From Candidatus Kuenenia stuttgartensis (lineage in GTDB: Bacteria; Planctomycetota; Brocadiia; Brocadiales; Brocadiaceae), in the NCBI RefSeq assembly GCF_900232105.1, contig NZ_LT934425.1:3390001-3422000 (forward strand): 32,000 nt of DNA, given 5' to 3'. Position numbers and translations under genes: made by a program. Positions 29,509-32,000 of the stretch are shown piece after piece; the stretch's first letter is position 1; every line of letters begins with the position of its first letter. The notes under the pieces are model-generated. The model was not told the DNA's origin. It did not search any database and was given only the letters and a program-made list of their open reading frames with translations.

Positions 29509-30634
29509 TAGTCAAACAAATCAGATTTTCGAAATTTGCTCGCCAATAATTTGAAAATTTTCAGTTAAAAGAGTAGACAATTCATCTGTATACTCGTTAA
29601 TATTTTTGAAAAAACTTAAACATTTGTTTTTAAACTTCTCATAAGTATCATAATACTTGTTATACAATATTTTTTTGCGAAAGAATTTCCATAATCTTTC
29701 AATGAGATTTAAATTGGGCGAATAGGAAGGGAGAAATTTGATCTTTATTCTCGAATTTGCAAGGTATTCTTTGACCAACTTAGACCTGTAATATTTAGCA
29801 TTATCAGAGATTATGTAAATAGTACCGGCTTGAGCATACCTTGACTCTATTTCATGGAAAAGCTTTATTGTTGATTGAGCATTGATGCTTTCATCTTCCC
29901 GGATTGTTACTTCAAAGGTTTCTATGTCAATAGCCCCGTTTAAATTTATTCTTTTCCTGCCGGTATTAGAGGGTATTTCCTTCTTTTTGCCTTTCTCTAT
30001 CCAGCAATATGCAGACGTAGAATTGTGCTGTGGATGAACTCCATCCATAAAAAGTATCTTATCTCCAGGGGCTTTCTCTTCTTTGAGTTGTTTGTAGTTT
30101 TCGATAAATTCTTTTTGTTTTTCAGGGTTTGCTTTGCCTGGAACTATTGTAGTTTTCTTGTAAGTAAAGCCTAATCTATCGAGGGTATGTACCATTCCTT
30201 CGGGTGTATAGATTTTATTGAATGTCTGTTTTACATATTCAACAATTTCTTTTGCCGCACTATAGTTGTTTTTCCTGATATGATCTTTTAATTGTTCTTC
30301 TTGTTCGCAGGTGAGTTTTGGCACACAGCCAATATAATTGTCAGATAAAAGCCCGTCAAAACCTTTATCTTTGTATAGTTTTTCGTAATTCCTGATTGTT
30401 TGATCGTCTAACAAGAGCGCCTCTGCTACTTCTTCATAACTCCATCCTGAATCAAGAAGAAGTATAGCTTTGATTTGGTCGGCATGACGTCTATGAGGCT
30501 CTTTCTTATGTGCTTTTTTAAATTCTATTCGGGTTTTTTCACTGAGAAATGGATTCATGCAGAATTTAATACTCTAGAAACAATTCAAATGCAAGAAAAA
30601 AACAGGTTCTTCTAAAAATAAATGCTTTTTACTA
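29509..30634 (-). mobile_element. IS630-family insertion sequence, 1126 bp, with TA target duplication (29507-29508 / 30635-30636)
   Basis: Ends begin TAGT.. on both sides; the TA duplication is confirmed by exact restoration of the interrupted reading frame. Confidence 0.9.
29521..30558 (-). CDS. IS630 family transposase
   Basis: 345 aa; N-terminal HTH, ILFMDGVHPQ, IISDNAKYYRS, LPSYSPNLNLIERLWKFFRK (DDE pattern). Confidence 0.93.
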   Translation of the reverse strand: MNPFLSEKTRIEFKKAHKKEPHRRHADQIKAILLLDSGWSYEEVAEALLLDDQTIRNYEKLYKDKGFDGLLSDNYIGCVPKLTCEQEEQLKDHIRKNNYSAAKEIVEYVKQTFNKIYTPEGMVHTLDRLGFTYKKTTIVPGKANPEKQKEFIENYKQLKEEKAPGDKILFMDGVHPQHNSTSAYCWIEKGKKKEIPSNTGRKRINLNGAIDIETFEVTIREDESINAQSTIKLFHEIESRYAQAGTIYIISDNAKYYRSKLVKEYLANSRIKIKFLPSYSPNLNLIERLWKFFRKKILYNKYYDTYEKFKNKCLSFFKNINEYTDELSTLLTENFQIIGEQISKI

Positions 30635-31079
30635 TAATTCTCAAGCCCTTGAAGATACGAAGTACGCGACCCAAAAGCCCGAAGCCCTGCTCGAACGTAT
30701 TATAAAGGCATCCTCCAACGAAAACGACATCGTTGCGGATTTTTTCTGCGGTTCCGGCACCACGCCGGCTGTGGCCGAAAAACTGGGGCGTAAGTGGATC
30801 GGCGCAGACCTAGGCAAGTTTGCTATCCATACCACCCGCAAGCGCATGATTGGCGTTCAGCGTCAGCTTAAAGAAGATGGCAAGGACTTCCGCGCCTTTG
30901 AGATACTCAACCTCGGTAAGTACGAGCGGGCGCATTACATCGGCGTTTCCTCATTTATTGAACCGCGAATAGACGCTAATGGACGCAAATCAAAACAAAA
31001 AGACATTAGCGTTAATTCGGTACGCCAAGAAGCGTATATATATCAGTTGGTGCAAATCCAACCCGCCAATTGACCGTTC

Positions 31080-32000
31080 GGGCGGTAGTGAAAGAGGCAG
31101 AAAACCTCACGGGAGAACGTAAACAGCGATGAATACGTTCGAGTCCCCTGTAGCGAGCAGTCAGACCGTAGCGCAAGCGAACACGCAGGCTTCGTTACGC
31201 TAAAAATACGATAGATGAGCCTCCCGGATTGGGCGAAATCTGTAATCGCATAGGTAGAAAGAGACAAACGGTAGAACTATGCGGTGTCGTCGGAGTTGAG
31301 AGTGACGGTATGACTGTAAAAGGTATATATATGAACTTGGGAGGTCTCATTGTTCAGGTTGATGACCGTAACGCATACTATAAGGGAAGCCGAAGGGTAT
31401 AGCGGGATAATGAGAAGTCGGAGATGCCCATAGTAGTGAAGATGGTGAAGACAACATAACTTCACCGTAGCGAAGGGGCATTACTTCAGTTAACGTTTAC
31501 AAAGAAAGGAGGAAATTGTATTGGGAGACCTACAAGCAATACCGAAATCGCAAATGAGCGATGATGAAAGAGTCCGAGACTTTCAGCGTAAACTATATCG
31601 AAAAGCCAAACAGGAAGAAGGATTTCGCTTTTATGTATTGTATGACAAGGTGAGAATGTTGCATTTTTTGAGAGAGGCGTACAAGCGCTGCAAAGCCAAT
31701 GGAGGAAGCGCCGGGGCAGACGGGATTACATTTGAAGATGTGGAGTCATACGGGGTGGAGAAGTTTCTTGGAGAGATAATAGAGGAACTTGAAAACAAAA
31801 CCTACGAACCACAGCCGGTACTGAGAGTGTACATACCTAAAACCAACGGTAAGACACGACCATTGGGAATCCCTGTGATAAAAGACAGGGTAGTGCAGAT
31901 GAGTGTAAAGCTTGTAATAGAGCCGATATTCGAAGCAGACTTTGAAGATAGCTCCTACGGATTCCGACCGGGACGTTCAGCGGGCGATGCTGTGAGGAAA
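31080..32000 (+). mobile_element. Group II intron (5' ribozyme domains plus start of intron-encoded protein), truncated by window end; exact 5' boundary unresolved
   Basis: About 440 nt of structured non-coding sequence leading to RBS AAAGGAGG and a group II-type RT. Confidence 0.82.
31521..32000 (+). CDS. ltrA: Group II intron reverse transcriptase/maturase, partial
   Basis: Manual translation: ...LREAYKRCKANGGSAGADGITFEDVE...LENKTYEPQPVLRVYIPKTNGKTRPLGIPVIKDRVVQMSVKLVIEPIFEADFEDSSYGFRPGRSAGDAVRK; runs off the window so absent from the ORF track. Confidence 0.92.
   Translation, partial: MGDLQAIPKSQMSDDERVRDFQRKLYRKAKQEEGFRFYVLYDKVRMLHFLREAYKRCKANGGSAGADGITFEDVESYGVEKFLGEIIEELENKTYEPQPVLRVYIPKTNGKTRPLGIPVIKDRVVQMSVKLVIEPIFEADFEDSSYGFRPGRSAGDAVRK

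Larger units (their letters stand above)
28443..31073 (+). pseudogene. Adenine-specific DNA methyltransferase (type III Mod-like, beta-class order), interrupted by an IS630-family element
   Basis: 5' part LIWGDNKLIL...IKLICIDPPFDVGADF; 3' part [23 protein letters not shown]...[29 protein letters not shown]. Excision of 29509-30636 rejoins ..DIWLDINEV-NSQALE.. in frame. Confidence 0.93.

Noticed and set aside
29507-30636. Long terminal inverted repeats for the IS630 element
   Set aside because: Ends share TAGT and a loose match (about 13/21) only; the element boundaries rest on the TA duplication and frame restoration instead.

Overview
The window carries a bacterial chromosomal backbone: purF, radical SAM/SPASM, B12-type radical SAM, GT2, purM, a beta-barrel porin, fhs, secA, waaA/kdtA, metK, a DUF1015 protein and thrC. 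The content resembles an anammox-type planctomycete, but that is a low-confidence inference. Accessory segments rich in toxin-antitoxin (TA) modules and their decayed remnants interrupt this backbone. Points most worth a second look: (1) a complete SAM-I (S-box) riboswitch with promoter, antiterminator and terminator in front of threonine synthase. (2) A cassette-like accessory stretch (about 24.9-28.4 kb) in which a diverged ~100 bp repeat occurs in three direct copies alternating with TA modules, followed by attC-like sequences around a second BrnT-like module. (3) A DNA methyltransferase gene split by an IS630-family element with an exact TA duplication; removing the element restores the frame. 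A group II intron lies directly downstream. (4) A nucleotidyltransferase (MNT) gene with an ATGA-coupled HepT-like fragment truncated next to a MITE-like palindrome. (5) Orphan small proteins with PD-(D/E)XK-like and GIY-YIG-like motifs. No CRISPR array, rRNA or tRNA was recognised. All family assignments come from reading motifs; no database search was run.
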